A program made the translations under genes and the position numbers. Shown here piece by piece: positions 38,637 through 52,199 of a DNA stretch of 64,000 nucleotides. Position 1 is the stretch's first letter, and every line of letters starts with the position of its first letter. The notes below the pieces were generated by a model, which had not been told where the DNA came from, searched no databases, and saw only the letters and a list, made by a program, of their open reading frames with translations. The stretch is from Camelus dromedarius. Its lineage: Eukaryota. Location: contig NC_087447.1 in the NCBI RefSeq assembly GCF_036321535.1, positions 37,140,001 to 37,204,000 on the forward strand. Direction: 5' to 3'.

Positions 38637-39039
38637 TCTGGCAGCTTGATGCTTGACACTGATATCACATATACATCGCCCTGCATAAATGAAATCTAGA
38701 AAGAGAATTTTTCTACGCAATGGAAGCGGAGCCCTGACTTAGTAACTGGAGCTCTCCTGGCTGAGAGGGCAGATGGCCCGGAATTTTGTGACCCTTCAGA
38801 AAATGCTCTCAGTGTAGGGGGATCGGCTCATTAGCTTTCCTCACCCACTAGCCCTGACAAGGTCTGTACTCCCACGTGTGTTCTTTCTGCTAAGAGAGCT
38901 GTCGTTTTCTGAGTCCGGAGGAGAACCTTAACATCTCTCTTAACTCTTTCCTCCATCACAGCCCTCACACCTTACCCGTAGCTAAGTAATGGGTTCTGTC
39001 TTCAGATGATCTATTCCTTCCGTTCTTTCCTCTCTCCCT

Positions 39040-39520
39040 GCCTGGTTAAGACCCTGAGCCCATTTTTCTAGTAATCCTAATTGCTCTTTATCCTGCCCCT
39101 TTCTCCCTGCCTTAAACCATCTTCTTTCTGATTGCTAAATCATCCTAAGCACAGCTCTAATATATCACTCCCTGCTCAAAAGCATTCAATGGCTCCCTAT
39201 TGCCTAGTAACTCCATCCAAGCTCCCAGGCTTATCATTCAGAACTCTCCGCAATTTGGCTCCTGTCTTCCTTCCTGACTGAATCTCCGACATTCCTCGTC
39301 ACTCATCCTGAGCTGCTGCCAAGTGAAAATAATCCTGAAATTCTTGCACATGCCGCAGTTTTCTGCCTGTGTGTTTGCTTACACGGTTTCCTCTGCACGG
39401 AGTGCCCCACCTTGCATATATAGATCCAACCCATCTATCCAAATCCAGGCCACGTGCTGCCTCCTTCAGAACAACTTCCTTGACCCTCTGATTGGAAGGC
39501 ATACTCTCCTCCTTGGACAG
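39040..39520 (+). mobile_element. L2 LINE fragment
   Basis: tcactccctgctcaaaagcattcaatggctccctattgcc and tgtgtttgcttacacggtttcctctgc are L2 ORF2/3' landmarks. Confidence 0.75.
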
Positions 39521-39599
39521 TTCATGGTCCTGTCTCTTCCCCTGTGGCCCATTCTAGCCCAGAGCAATGCATTGGGTCATAATCAAGTGCGCAGGCAAT

Positions 39600-40270
39600 G
39601 GAGCCAAATGTCTGAAAAAGATTCCTAGCTGTGGGGTCTTGTGCATGCCACTTACATTCTCTGTGCCTCAGTTTCTCTTCTGCAAAACTGGACTAATAAG
39701 AGTATTTACCTCTCACAGAATTCCAGAGAATTAAGGGAGGGAAATAAATGCAGTATTCTTGGCATGGTGCTGTTTACATGGCAGGAGTTCAACAAATATT
39801 CTCTTTTCCTAGTCACCTTTTTCCTCTGCAGTAGTGCAAACCTTATAAGGATTACTTAAACTCATCGTTAGACTCATTTACTGAAAACCTATAGGGTCAT
39901 AATTTTAGACATACTGTCTGCCTTCAAGGAGCTCATTGTCAAGGGTGGAGGAGAAAGTGGCAATCCACTGGCTTGGCGGCTCAGACAGAAGTGAGCACAG
40001 GTAAGCCAGTGCTGCGAGGTGGCTTAGTTCTTTGTGCTGGGGTCAGATTCCCTGGACTCGAATCCCAGCTTGGTCACTTCCTTGCTGTGTGACCTCAGGC
40101 TGTGTAATCTGTGTTAACCTCTCTGTGCTTCGGTTTCCTTACCTGCAAAATGGGGATAGTAAATGGTATCTGCTTCAGTGGGTGGATGTGTGGGTTCCAT
40201 GGTTGGAGAACCCAGTCACACCTAGAATGGAGCCTGGCATGTTGTAAGAGCTCGGTAAAGGCTGGTTATT
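39600..40270 (+). mobile_element. Two MIR copies (~39600-39805 and ~40020-40270)
   Basis: ctctgtgcctcagtttctcttctgcaaaa; gctgtgtgacctcagg...ctctgtgcttcggtttccttacctgcaaaatggggatagt. Confidence 0.8.
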
Positions 40271-42739
40271 ATCTAGGAACTCTTTGAGATCTAATTGATG
40301 CTTTGGCTTTGGGCGATTTCTTTCTCTGCCAGAGTGCTGAGCTTTTATGAGGATAAAGACATCACGGTTCAGAGAAACCACCATGAGAGGGGGTGCTTAA
40401 GGCTTTTCATGGTGCATTTTGATGCAGGGTTAACCTCTGCCTCTCCAGACACCCACCACCAACACCCAAGAACACACACACTTCAGCCCGCGTCTTGGAC
40501 ACAGACACCTCCTTCCCTTTTGCAGATTGTGGTTAGCACATGTCATTGACCAGAGTCTTTCATTTAGTCTCTTGAAGTTTCCTAGTGCCAGGGAGTCTGC
40601 TTCTGTCCCCCTGGGCTTCTGTCCAAAAAGTTTCCATTCAAAGAATCCCATACTGGCCCTTCATTATGCATGGACATCGAGGTCTTATAAGACAGGGAAG
40701 GTGAGGAGCTTTATCAAGCAGTTTTAGCTGGCCTCAACTCTGGTACCTGCTTTTGTGGCTTTGGTAATTGGTCCTTGAGAAAAATAGAAACTCCTCCACA
40801 GTCTACAGCTTCATTTTCCTAAATCCTCATCTCCTTGTGCCCCGGGGGGCAGTTACCTGGCTCCCCCACCCGGCTCCCTCATTGCTCCAGTGAAGACCCA
40901 CGTGACTCGCAAGAACTCTGTGCTGGGGCATTTGGGTTCTGCAGCTCCTGCGTGGATGCGGTCTGGGCCTCTCTCACTCTCACAAAGTGGGACTAACCCA
41001 TCATTGCCACTGTGGTTAGACTGAGCTGCCCAGATCCAGCCCCAGCTGAGATGGAAAGGATTTCCTCCCACTGGGGTCTCCGCTCATGTTATAGGCTTCC
41101 CAGGGGAAGACTTTGCCCTTCTCATACGTACTTTTCTGACTCAGGGATTGTGAGGTTGAGGGACTGATTAGAAACCACTTGAGGGAACACCCACCAGTGT
41201 CCCAGTTCAAAGTCCACAGGCCCCCGGATTCTGTCTCCATCACGGAGCAATGCCGGTCTACCTGCACAGCCCTGGAGAGACCAATGTGGATTTGGATTTC
41301 CACTCACTGCCTGGGATCCCTCCCATAACGGACAGGAGCCCCACCAGTTCAGGGAAGCCCCATTCAGCCTGTCAGCAGAGCAAACACCCACCTGACTGAG
41401 CAGGACTGCCTCCCCTTTGAGGCAGTGTGATGCGTGCCTAGGAGGGAAACAGGCAACCCAGGTGCAAACCCATCTCTGGCCTCTCCTGAGCGTGAGACTT
41501 GGGCCAAATCACCAAATCTTTCTAAGTTCCATTTTCACTAAGTGCAAAATAGAAATAATAATCTGCCTTAGAAGAATTATAAATAGCAACTCCCTGTCTG
41601 ATAAGATTCCTTGCAGGATTGCTGTGGGAGCCCGAGGTGAGGCATGCGAAGCGCGGGGCCTGGTGTCTGGCTGGTCGTGGCAGTGCTAACAGCAGCTGAC
41701 ATTTATGTCATTGCTTGCTGAGCGCCAGACGTTATAATGTGTCTTTCACTGTTTGAGTAGGGGTGGTGCTCAGAGGCCACACATTCGTGAGACAGATAAA
41801 TATAACTCCCTGTGGATTTCTCTATGCTCTTCATTTTTATTTATTAATTACTTATTTGTTTATCAAAACTTATTTCAAGCCCCCATTGTGCCTGATGGCA
41901 GATGCCCAATTCTAGTCATGGCAGGGGAATCAGTCACCTCTGTGTTTTCTAAGTTGCCCTGGGTTTAAGCTCAGTAAATTCAGAATGTTTCCCTTTCTCT
42001 CTTTCCCCTTGGTGTGGTGTTTGCATTCTGGCACTGAGGAGTGCCCTGGCATGGGTATGGGTGGGGGAAAGGCTGAGGCTTCTGGCCCAAGGTCATTCTT
42101 TTTCCAATGATGGCAGCTGCCAAGATGTATCTCCTAGTCCTTGGTCGCTGGCATCCTTGCCCCGGGCATGCAGGCACTACTATGTCCTACTTCGTCCCTG
42201 ACTGTGTGGTCTCTGCTGTTTTCTGCTGTGACATCTTTCTCTCCTAATTCTAATACAATTCTATGGGGTACAGGAAATCTTGGCTTTTTTCCAGCGCCAT
42301 GCTGGGGCCACTGGAGACTCACGGGTGCCCACAGCTCTCTGAGACTCCTGACCACTCTTCCCCTTTTGCAACTGACACCCGGGGCCGGAGGGAGGATGGC
42401 GAGGAGCAGGAGAGCCACTCCTGAGAGTCCGAGTGCTTCCTCTCAGATGCTCTCTCCCCTTCTCCCCACTTTGGAAGATTTTTATGGGAATGGGTGTTGA
42501 GACAAGAAAAACTGGTTCCACTTGATCACATATTTTCCTAAATATTTTCTACCTTACTTCTGGACTGAGAGTTTTGAACTTAAAACCCAAGAATGTTATG
42601 ATTTTGTTCTCTGGTTCTACCAAGACAGTTTCCCTAAAATGGTAGGGGCTTTGGCCCGACTGACTCAGTTTGGGGGTGTGAGATGGACGCAAGGGATGCA
42701 AGGTGGCTGAGTAAGGGGACACTCAGCCTCCAACACACA

Positions 42740-43290
42740 AACGATCTTACGTAATTTTTCACACAATCTTATCCTGTAGATGTTATTACTAACCCCATTT
42801 TACTGTTGATGAGCTAAGGTTCAAAGAAACGACCCAATTCATTCAGCCACCATATATTTATAGAATGTCCACGATGTGCCAGGCACTCTTCTGGGTTTGG
42901 GGGAATATAGCATAACCAAGACAGACAAAACCCCTGCTCTCATGGTGCTTACCTCCAAGTGGGGTGGGGGGAGGAAGAGGGAAGACAGAATGAGGAAAAA
43001 GATCAACAGGTAAACTATATAGACAATGAGTTCTAGGAAGAAACATAAATCATGGAAGGGGGCAGGGGAATGCCTGGGAGGATGTGGCTTTGAACAGCAT
43101 GCCTCACTGAGATAATAAGGCAGGTGAAGAACCTCCTATCGAGGAGAAGTGAATCCCAGGGAGACAGACCAGTGGGGAACAAAGGCCCCGAGGTGGGAAT
43201 CTGCTGGGCTGAATAGCTAAGGAAAGGAAGGGCCAAAGTTCAAAGCCAGTTAATCTGACTGCAGAATTTAATGCCTTACTACCATCTAAT
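42740..43290 (-). mobile_element. L2 3' segment (~42835-43235) flanked by two halves of a MIR
   Basis: L2: ttcattcagccaccatatattt...tgtgccaggcact...aagacagacaaaacccctgctctcatgg. MIR: aaccccattttac...gagctaaggttcaaag on the left and ttcaaagccagttaatctgactgcaga on the right. Confidence 0.7.
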
Positions 43291-44369
43291 GGAGCTCAAA
43301 GTATAATAATCATTATGGCATATATATTATATGTCTCTGCTGTTGACATCAAACCCCAATTCCATTTTAGGAATTTTAGTCCAAGTTGACAATGCCAGAT
43401 ACTCTTTTCTCCTGGTTCTCTCTGTAACTGTGGCACAGTTATGTGCCCCCGGTGCAGAAGTCCACCTGGCCTTCACATGATTTCTAGTGATGCAAGGAAT
43501 AGAGACCAGGAGAAGTGTTTCTTGTGGTGGGGGAAGAGTGAAGCATCACTCGTAGCTGCGTGGGAGTGGTGGTGGACATTGTCCAGGGATGGTTGTGTCA
43601 TTGCTGTGAGCTCCAAGGTCAGGGCGAGGTGAGGCAGGACTTGTGTCTGTGCCGTGACCTTGGGTGTTGTTCTTGGCTGTGTAGCCCTGAGCCAGGTTCT
43701 TGAGACTTCACGGCCATGCTTTGAATTAGCTATTATCCATCTGTTTCTCCTTCAAAAGTAGCGTAGGTTTCATTTTTAGTTTAATAATTAAAAAAAGACT
43801 AGATGACAGAAATACTTTCTTTTTCATCCCACTACCCTAACCCCCCAAATTTGGTGTTTGCAATTTTTATAAGGTTGGCATGATGATAAATAAGAAATAG
43901 AGATGTTATTAAAATTGAAGTGGATTTCCTTTTGGGATGTGGAAAATAATGAAAAAGCTATTTCATCTGTTTTCTTTCCTATTTCAAAATCTAAAGTGGA
44001 AGATGAGGCCGCTTGCTGTTTTGACATTGTCAGGCATGTCTCAGACGCCCTCAGTGTTCTCATGTTACTCCAGCAAGGTCTCCAGGCAACAGAAAGAAAG
44101 GGTTCCTGTGCCTCACTTCTGCTTCGTCTTCCACGAGCAGTAAAAAGACCAACTTGCCCAGGGAACATTTATCTTCACCCTCAAAACAATCTTTTTTCTT
44201 CCCTAAAACATGTATTCACTAAAATGAACCAATTTCAGTAGGAAAACCAGTCACACACCTTCTTGGGGACATTATCCTCCAGAGATGGTAATACTTTGGG
44301 TAAAGTCCTAACCCAAATCACAGGGCCTTTATCTGAACCATGTTTCCCCCTTGTAATTATTTTCTATGC

Positions 44370-46880
44370 TTTTATTTTTAAATTAAGTTAATGGTGGACA
44401 AAATTTGGAGAATTCAACGACTTTACAAAGTCAGCTACATCAAACAGAAGTGCTCTGTCCTCATCTAGTCATCACCCCCTCCCCAGAGGCAATCACTTTA
44501 CCCTAAAAGCTGACAGTTTTGTTATTTACCTCCATACCTCCCAGCGACATGTTCATCTTGCTACTTTTTGAGTGCTCAGCTTAGGCATTATCTCAGAATT
44601 TTCCACAACGGAAGAGGAGAATTTAGCAATCTTTACTCCCCCTAAACTACTTCACACTCTTCCTGTATCCCATATCCTTCTAGTTACCATGCAGTAATAT
44701 TATAATTTTGAGAGATAAATATTCAGTGCTTATAATCTTATCTCCAAGTAATGATTTTTACAGGAGATTCATTTAGCAAACTGATTTATTTTTCCTTTCC
44801 TCTCACATTTGGTTTTTCCTAGAGTTAATATTTGAAATATTTTTCATTTGCTCAGGATTATATGTACAAATCAGTAATTAAATTCTAAACTATTTGCCAA
44901 ATGTCTAACTCTCCCCTCAAGACTTCCATTTATATCCAATTTTCCATCATTTTCTCTCCAGGAGCCTCCTGACCTTTTTCAATCACCTTTGTCTTGTGCC
45001 CAGTGATCTTTCTGGAACCTGCCTTTTCACCATCTTAGGGGCTCCCTTAACATCTCTCCTAGAGTAATGCTCCCCTTTACTGTGCCCCATGTCACCATCT
45101 TATTTTAATTATTCCCTCATTTTGTTGGGGTACATCCTCTAGTGGCTTCCTAAGAACAGTGAATGGAAGGAAATTTTTTTTTTGACAGTGCTGTTCTAAA
45201 AATGTTTTCATTTTACCCTCGTATTTTATTTAATCTATTATCATTTGGGAATAGAAATTAAAGTTAGAAATTGTTTTCCCTTGGAATTTTGAAGGCATTC
45301 CTTCATTGTCTTCCAACTTCCAGTTTGGTATCAGTCTGTAGCCATTCTGATTCCTGAGCGTGGATGACCTTTTTTCCCCTCTGGAAACTTAGGAAATTTT
45401 TTATGGTCCTTATTATTTGGAAATTTCACAATAATATGCCTTGTTGCAGGTCTTTTGAAAAAAAAATCCATTGTTCTGGTGAACTCTTTTAATCAAGAAA
45501 CTTATGTTCTTTAGTCCTGAGAAATTTTTTTTGAATTATATTTTTGTTGATTGCATTCATCTTATTTCCTCTTATGTTTTAATTTATTTTATGTTTTACT
45601 TTCTAATTTTTCCTCTTTGCTTTCTTGGAGATCTTACTTTGGAAATTTTCTGTTTTGCTTTTCATTTTTGGTATCATATTTTAAATTTCCCAGGTCTCCT
45701 TTTTCCCTTTGAATGTCCTCAGTTTCCACTTTTCTCTGCATGGTCACAATATTAATTTTCAAAAGCTATGAATGAGGGATATTTAAAAAATTTTGCTTCT
45801 CCCCAGTCTCTATGTCCCTGATGTTGCACCATTTTTTTTTTCCTTTTAATATCTACAATGTCAGAAGCTTTCACTAGATGTCTGGATTTCTGATAGTCCT
45901 TAGTTGTCCAATCATGTTTCAGAATGGGGGACATCAAAGCTGAATGGAGGATGTAAGCACATGTGAGACTTGTCAGCTGTGAGTTTTAAGGTAGGGTGCT
46001 CTGAGTGGGCTTTAATTTGTAGAACCCTCCATGTCAGTGTTAAGGTCTCACCCTTTGTGTCTGTCAAATTCCCCAGAGAAGAGATTTTGGTCTTTTTCCT
46101 GGAGTTGTATGTATTCTATCTGCCAATATCCTGGAGTTAAGGAGGACATAATGCTGAGGCTCAACATTCAGTCAGTAAACTTTTACTAAATGTCCCTATT
46201 TTCAGTATGCATATCTATCTCAGTTGTGCTTAATGCCCTGCAGTTCAAAACCACTTTGTTTTAGAGCAGTGGTTCTCCAACTTCACCTGGAGGGCTTATT
46301 AAATCACAGATTTAAAGTTTCTGCCTCAGGAAGTCAGAGGTGCAGTCCAATCATTGCATGTGGAATAATTCTTAGGTGACGCCAAAGCTGCTGGTCCTGA
46401 GACTATACTGAGAGGACTCCAGCTTTAGAGAATGAAACTCCAGTCTTCCCCCAAGTGAGCAGGAGCAGTTGCCTGGCTGTGAAGACCAGTCTGGGATCTA
46501 ACTGATCTTTAGACAGAATTTCAACCAGCTCACCTGTTTTTAGCCCCATCTTCACACTGGTTTTCAGAAGTTCTTAGCTGCTGTGAATTCTTGAACCTTT
46601 GGAGAGTTCTGTGATACGGATTGAGTTGCCTCTTGACTTTTTCCACTACTGGTTTACGATTCAGCTTTCTCAAGTTTACTAAGTTGGATTTTTCTTCTTT
46701 GATCTCTAGCTTCCAAAATTGTGTTGCTATTGCCTCTGTCTTCTTCTTTTTTTTTTTTTTTTGTCTTTTCTTTGCTAATATACAACTTTTAAAATCACTT
46801 TACTATCATTTTTGTGAGATTTAGGGCATGATGAAAGTTTAGTGAATGCATCCAGTCCTCTGTCTTTAACCAAAAGTTTT
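44370..46880 (-). mobile_element. HAL1 (half-L1) element, degraded
   Basis: ccccagaggcaatcactt...gttatttacctccata (HAL1 3' end) and tttcccttggaattttgaaggcattccttcattgtcttccaacttccag...ccattctgattcctga (antisense ORF1). No ORF2 landmarks lie between them. Confidence 0.7.
46267..46422. mobile_element. MER5A-like hAT MITE nested in HAL1
   Basis: Begins cagtggttctccaactt; contains aggtgacgcc...gctgctggtcc; TSD ttttagag (46259-46266) / ctttagag (46423-46430). Confidence 0.75.
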
Positions 46881-49773
46881 CGTATCTTTCTTTAATCCTT
46901 GAGAAGTCTATTGTTCTATCAAATGTTGTTTCTCTTTCATTTCCTCTCTTCTTTTACCAGAACCTCCAGTTAGAGACATGTTGAAGCCTCTCTCTGTCTC
47001 TAACAGTTCTTTCCACCAATCAAAAAAATTTTTTTTTCTCTTTGTGCTGAGGTCTGAAAGAATTCCTTGTTGTTTTCTTCTAGTTTGTTAATTCTCATTT
47101 CAATTGTGTTTGATTCAGAATTTATTTTATTTAGTATTTTATTTCAATAACTACATTATTCACTTCTATGAGTGAGTTGGTTCCTTTTTCACACATACAT
47201 CTCATTCATTTCCAGACTTTTTTTTTTGGTTTCATCATTTCTTGCTCTTTAATAGAATTTATTTCTTAGTTGCTTTCTTTGAGAATTTTAAATACTCATG
47301 CTTTAATATCTTTGGCAGGCTAATTTAATAAAATAAATTATATGTGGCAAGAATACAGGCTCTAATTTTTAATTTTGTTTTTTGTCTTTATTAGTTCTTT
47401 TTTTAATGTATTTTATACTTTTGGTCAATACGATCATTTTAGGTAAGAGGTTTTATTTTAGGCTAATTTTCCTTCTCTTTCTTGGTGTTTCCCTCCCCCT
47501 ATGTGTTGGGTTCTTGTGGTCACTTTTACTGGGCCCCAAATCCCCAGTCAAGAATCAGGTCTCCTGTCATATGACAATACTTCAGGGCTTCTGTCACATG
47601 GGAATAGTGGGTTTATTGATGAGCAAGTCACTGAACTGTATTGGGAGGCTATTCCTGTGTCTGCCAACCTTCCTAACTTAGTGGTTGCAAACGTTTTCAG
47701 TTTCTTTTCCAAACTGCAGCATGTCTTCATCTTGTATTGCATGCTTTTGGTCCCCTTTGCCCTGCTGGAATTGAACCGAACATCACAGCTCCATTTCGGG
47801 CCTGGAGCCCCACAGGCCTGTGTGACCTACCCACACGGCAGGGTTCACCTTCTGCTCTGTTTCTGGTACCCAGCTCTGTTTACTTGTTTTTCGGCCTGGC
47901 TGTACTGGGTTTGATTCTTGGTTTTTATTTTTTGTTTATCAAGGCTATTGGATAGCAATCTACTCTCCCCAGGCTTCCTGCTGCCACGTGGCTGCAGCTG
48001 CCCATCAGGAGTGGGCCGGCTCTCTTGCCCCACCCTCCATCCCAAAGACCCATGACTCTGGAGCTGAAGCTGAACTCAGCTCAGTCCCTTTCTCCTCCCT
48101 CTCTTTTGTTTATTTACCTCCTGCAGAGAACATGCATTCTTCTTCCTTCTCAATGACTTTTAACTGGGCAGACACTCGCTCTTAGGGGAAGGCTTAAGTT
48201 AGTCTGGCACTCTCTGTTACCAGTGGGCAAGTCAGTCTAACTTCAAGAGTTCAGTCACCCACCTGAGAACACAACAGAGATATCATCAGTGGTAAAAGTG
48301 ATGCTTTGCTCTCCATGTGTCTGACTGCTATGTCTGTGTTTCACTTTGTCTGAGATACAGAACGTGGATGGGGGAATTATGTATTTGTCCTTTAATGTGT
48401 TTAGAGGAGAAGGATCTCACTGAAGCCTGAATTTGCAAATCCAACCTTACTGGAGGTAGTTTAATTTCCCAATGAGCTCCTATCCTAAATCCAACCTGAC
48501 ATTCTCTTTTAGGTTATGGGTTTATTATTTTTACTTTTATATTTTTAAGAATGTTTATATTTTAGTATGTTTCTGTTTGGGGGGATATATATATTCAGTA
48601 ATTCCCCCCCAAAATATATATAATTCTTTATGTGTATATAAACTACATATAATCTATGTTAAATATATACATAAAATCCTATTTCTATTTTCTTATTTTG
48701 CTCTTTTTACTCCCTCTGATTTTTCTATGCTTTCCTTGTTTTCGCCATCTCTGTCTTCTAATGAATTGACGATGTTTTTTAAAAAAATCTCCCTACCCCT
48801 ATTACTGGTTTGAAAAATTTTCATTCTATATTTATTCTTTTAGCTATTATCCTTAAATTTTTAACATGCTGATGTCACCAGAGTGTAATCGTAAGAGCAG
48901 TAAAAAGAGGATCTTAGAGTGTTTTAGTACTTGTCACACTTCTACCTCTTCACATGTCATTATTGTCCTGTAGCTTACTTCAAGTTTGTTTTATGCCTCC
49001 ACATTAGTCTTATTACCGTTTTTAATAATTGAATGTTTATTTAGAATTACTCACACGTTTTCCAAATTTATTGCTCACCATTCTTTTTGCAATGTTCTCA
49101 AAATATAACACTCAGTAACTTTTTAACAAAAATCTATTAGACGTAATTCACTTAGTTTTAGTGTGTCCAGAAATGTCTTTGTCCTCAGTCTTATGATTGA
49201 GAAATGATATTTAGCTGGACATAAAACTTTAGGTTGACAATTACTTTCCCTCAGCACTTTGAAGATGTTATTCCACTGTATTCTGTTTTCTCCTGTTTCT
49301 ATTGAGAAGCCTTCTGTCAGTTGATCTCTTCCTTCTCTCACTGCTTGTGAGATTTTTCTTTGAAGTTCCACAGTTTCATTATAATGTATCTCTGTGGCTA
49401 TCTGTTTTTCTTTATCTATCTAGCTAGCTAATCTATATAATCTCCTTCTTGTGGCTTTTGTTAATTATAGATTATTCTTAGCTATTGACTATTCAAATAA
49501 CTCATCTCCCTTAGTCTCTATATTGTCTCTTTTTGGAACTCCTAATATATGTGCGTTGGACAGTTTCATTCTGATCTTTACTTGTTCAACTTCCCTTTAT
49601 ATCTTTTTCCATTTCTTTCTCTCTTTGTGTTGCATTCTGTGTAATTTTCTCAGCTATACCTTCAGGTTCAATAATTCTCTCTTCTTTCTGCATAATGAGT
49701 TATTTAACTCATCCATTGGGGTTTTTTTTGTTGTTGTTGTTGTTTCAATGGCTTCATTTTTAGTTTCTATTAC

Positions 49774-50320
49774 TGTTAATTAGTTAGATAAGTGGGGGCA
49801 CTGGGCAGATAAGGTGGAGGAGAGGGAGAATGGTCCGGAAGATGGTGGTATGCCCTCCTTCAGCATAAAGGGGCTTTATTTCCTCTAAATGAATGCCAGC
49901 AAGAAACCAGTTAGAACCCGACAGCCACAACTGGAGTAGTGACAGGGACCTAACCAGACATGAACCCATACTCATTGTGATATAATAATTAGCATTGCAG
50001 TTTAGCACCTCACCATGGGTTTTTCTGTGTGCATCGTGGGTAAGGACATGCACAAAAGGGGACGGTCGTGACTGAGCACTCCAGGGCAAGAGCCATCAAT
50101 CAATCAAGAAATCACCTCTAAGCAAGGATATAAGAGAAGGGGACAAAAAAGACCATTGCTCTCCTCCTTTGGGTCGGCCTGCCTCTCATTCTTGGAGGGG
50201 TACTCTCCTTTTACAACTTTTAAAATGTTTTGCTACACAACACATCCATCTCCAGTATGAATTCTATCTTTCAGGCAAGACAAGAACTGGGGCCCTTTCC
50301 TTTCTCCTTTTGGGATAACA
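49774..50320 (+). mobile_element. Solo ERV1-class LTR (547 bp)
   Basis: Inverted termini tgtta...taaca; 4-bp direct repeat ttac at 49770-49773 and 50321-50324; TATA-like gatataag near 50127; composition differs sharply from the flanking T-rich L1. Confidence 0.75.
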
Positions 50321-50532
50321 TTACTGTTACTGGTTCTTTAAAAAAAATCTATTTTCCTTAATGTTGTATTCTTTTCTTATACATTCTATTTCTTATTTTA
50401 TACTTCTAACTATGTGGATAGTTATTTTGTAATCACATTCCAATAGTTATATCATCTAATTTTTTGAGAATAGCTTTGTTGTTTATTTTGCCTGCTGACT
50501 TGACTCATGGGAGATTTCTCCCTCATTGCACT

Positions 50533-50880
50533 AGTTAGGATGTAGTTTTACTGTGAGTTACAAAAATAAGGAAAATAATGACCTAATACAATAGAAGTCT
50601 ATTTCTCTCTCATATAAAAGTCCTGGTGTGATATGGGTTGATATGGTGCAACACCATAGTTGTCCTTGTGATCCAAGATGGAGCTACAGCCATCACATGG
50701 TCCAAATAGCAGGATGGGCAAAAAGAAGGAGCAAAGGGCACATGGCAGCTGTCTTTGGGGGAAGTGTACTGGATGCTGTCATATAACACTTCTACTTATA
50801 GTCTATTGGCCAGAACCTACTCATATGGCTACCTCCCTCTGCCAGGGATCTAAGCAAGGGAGGATGGAAATTTTGGGAAT
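50533..50880 (-). mobile_element. MaLR LTR (MLT1J/K-like)
   Basis: atagaagtctatttctctctcatataaaagtc...tccaagatgg...cttctacttatagtctattggccagaacct...catatggctacc. Confidence 0.7.
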
Positions 50881-52199
50881 AAGCAATAAAGAGCCTCCCC
50901 CATATTCAAAATATTTCATAATACTGAATTATGTAACCACTTTTAGTGGGGTTTTATTTATATAAATTCTGTATTCCCTGGATTGAACTCCCATCCTTCC
51001 AGAGAGTTTTTGAGTCTTGCTTCTGCCAGGTGCCCTAAAATATCCCCTGTGTGGAATCTAATTTTTTTGATAGTCTCTTGTGTTGTGAGGGCAGGATCAC
51101 CAAACAACATATGAGAGTATAAATTCAAACTCCAAACCTGTGTGAGTTCTGTCCTTACGGTTACATATTCTTAGAGAAGATTTTATTTTCTCTGCTAGAG
51201 CTCAATCAAGATAGATAAGCAACCTTGTACACAGAATAAATTAAGTAGATTTTTAAGTCAATTCTTTTACTCATGGTGCAACACCTTAAGGGTCCTGGCT
51301 TTATGCAAGGGCCTTCATTCAAATGTCAAGTTGTGTAGGCCTAAGGCTTCATCTTTCATTCCAACATAGGCATTAAATCCAAGCCTTTAGGTCAATGAGA
51401 CTGACTCTCCCAGGCCTCTTCCCACCTCCCCACCTACCTACCAATGCAGTTCCAGGTGTACAGTTACGTCTTCATTTTAATCCTCTTTGGGATCTCTCTT
51501 ATTTTTTCATAAATTCTTATAAGCTCATGTATATACTGTGTTTATCATTTATTTCCAACATTTCTAGATATTTTATAGCAGGAGGATTTCAGATGACCAC
51601 CCTTTCAAACTTTTAAATTCATAATAACAGAATCCTGTTTCTGTTGCTTGCCACCCAGACTACTGACAGATACAATTTGTGCTTTAGAATCTGCCCTCAT
51701 TGGGCATGGGCCTGATTCTTGATGAGTCCTGAGGTTTAATATCTTGCTGGAGGGCTCCAGCTAGAGAATGACAGATGGGTACTTCTAGGCTCCTGATGTG
51801 ATTCCTCTACTAGAGTAACTCATAAAGGGGGAACTATTCCAAGGTGACTTAAGCAGTTACCCCATGAGCTCACTACTCCCATGGGCAAGCTTGGTGGGAC
51901 TCCAGCTCCAGCGTGCTCCCTGTCTGAGATTAGCAGCTTGGGAACTCAGAGAACCCCACCAAGAAGCTTACTTGTAACTTAGGAGGGACTGAAATTCAAC
52001 CAATTGATGCCAAATGCACTGAATAATCAGAGTTTGGCAGCAAGGCTTTGGAACATAGGGATGAAGATATAGTTGTTCCATCAGGATGGTGCAAACCCCT
52101 AAATGCTTACTGCTGGGACCACCATCTCCCTAGCTCGTGTTGAGCAGCCATGGGGAAGCAAGGAGGTACTGAAGTGGGAGGAGGGCCCAGGACACATGG

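Larger units (their letters stand above)
46890..51620 (-). mobile_element. Cluster of ancient antisense L1ME/L1M ORF1 and 5' fragments, interrupted by two LTRs
   Basis: T-rich strand; ORF 49123-49371(-) FSIET..RIQWNNIFKVLRESNCQPKVLCPAK matches the L1 ORF1p C-terminal domain. Confidence 0.65.
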
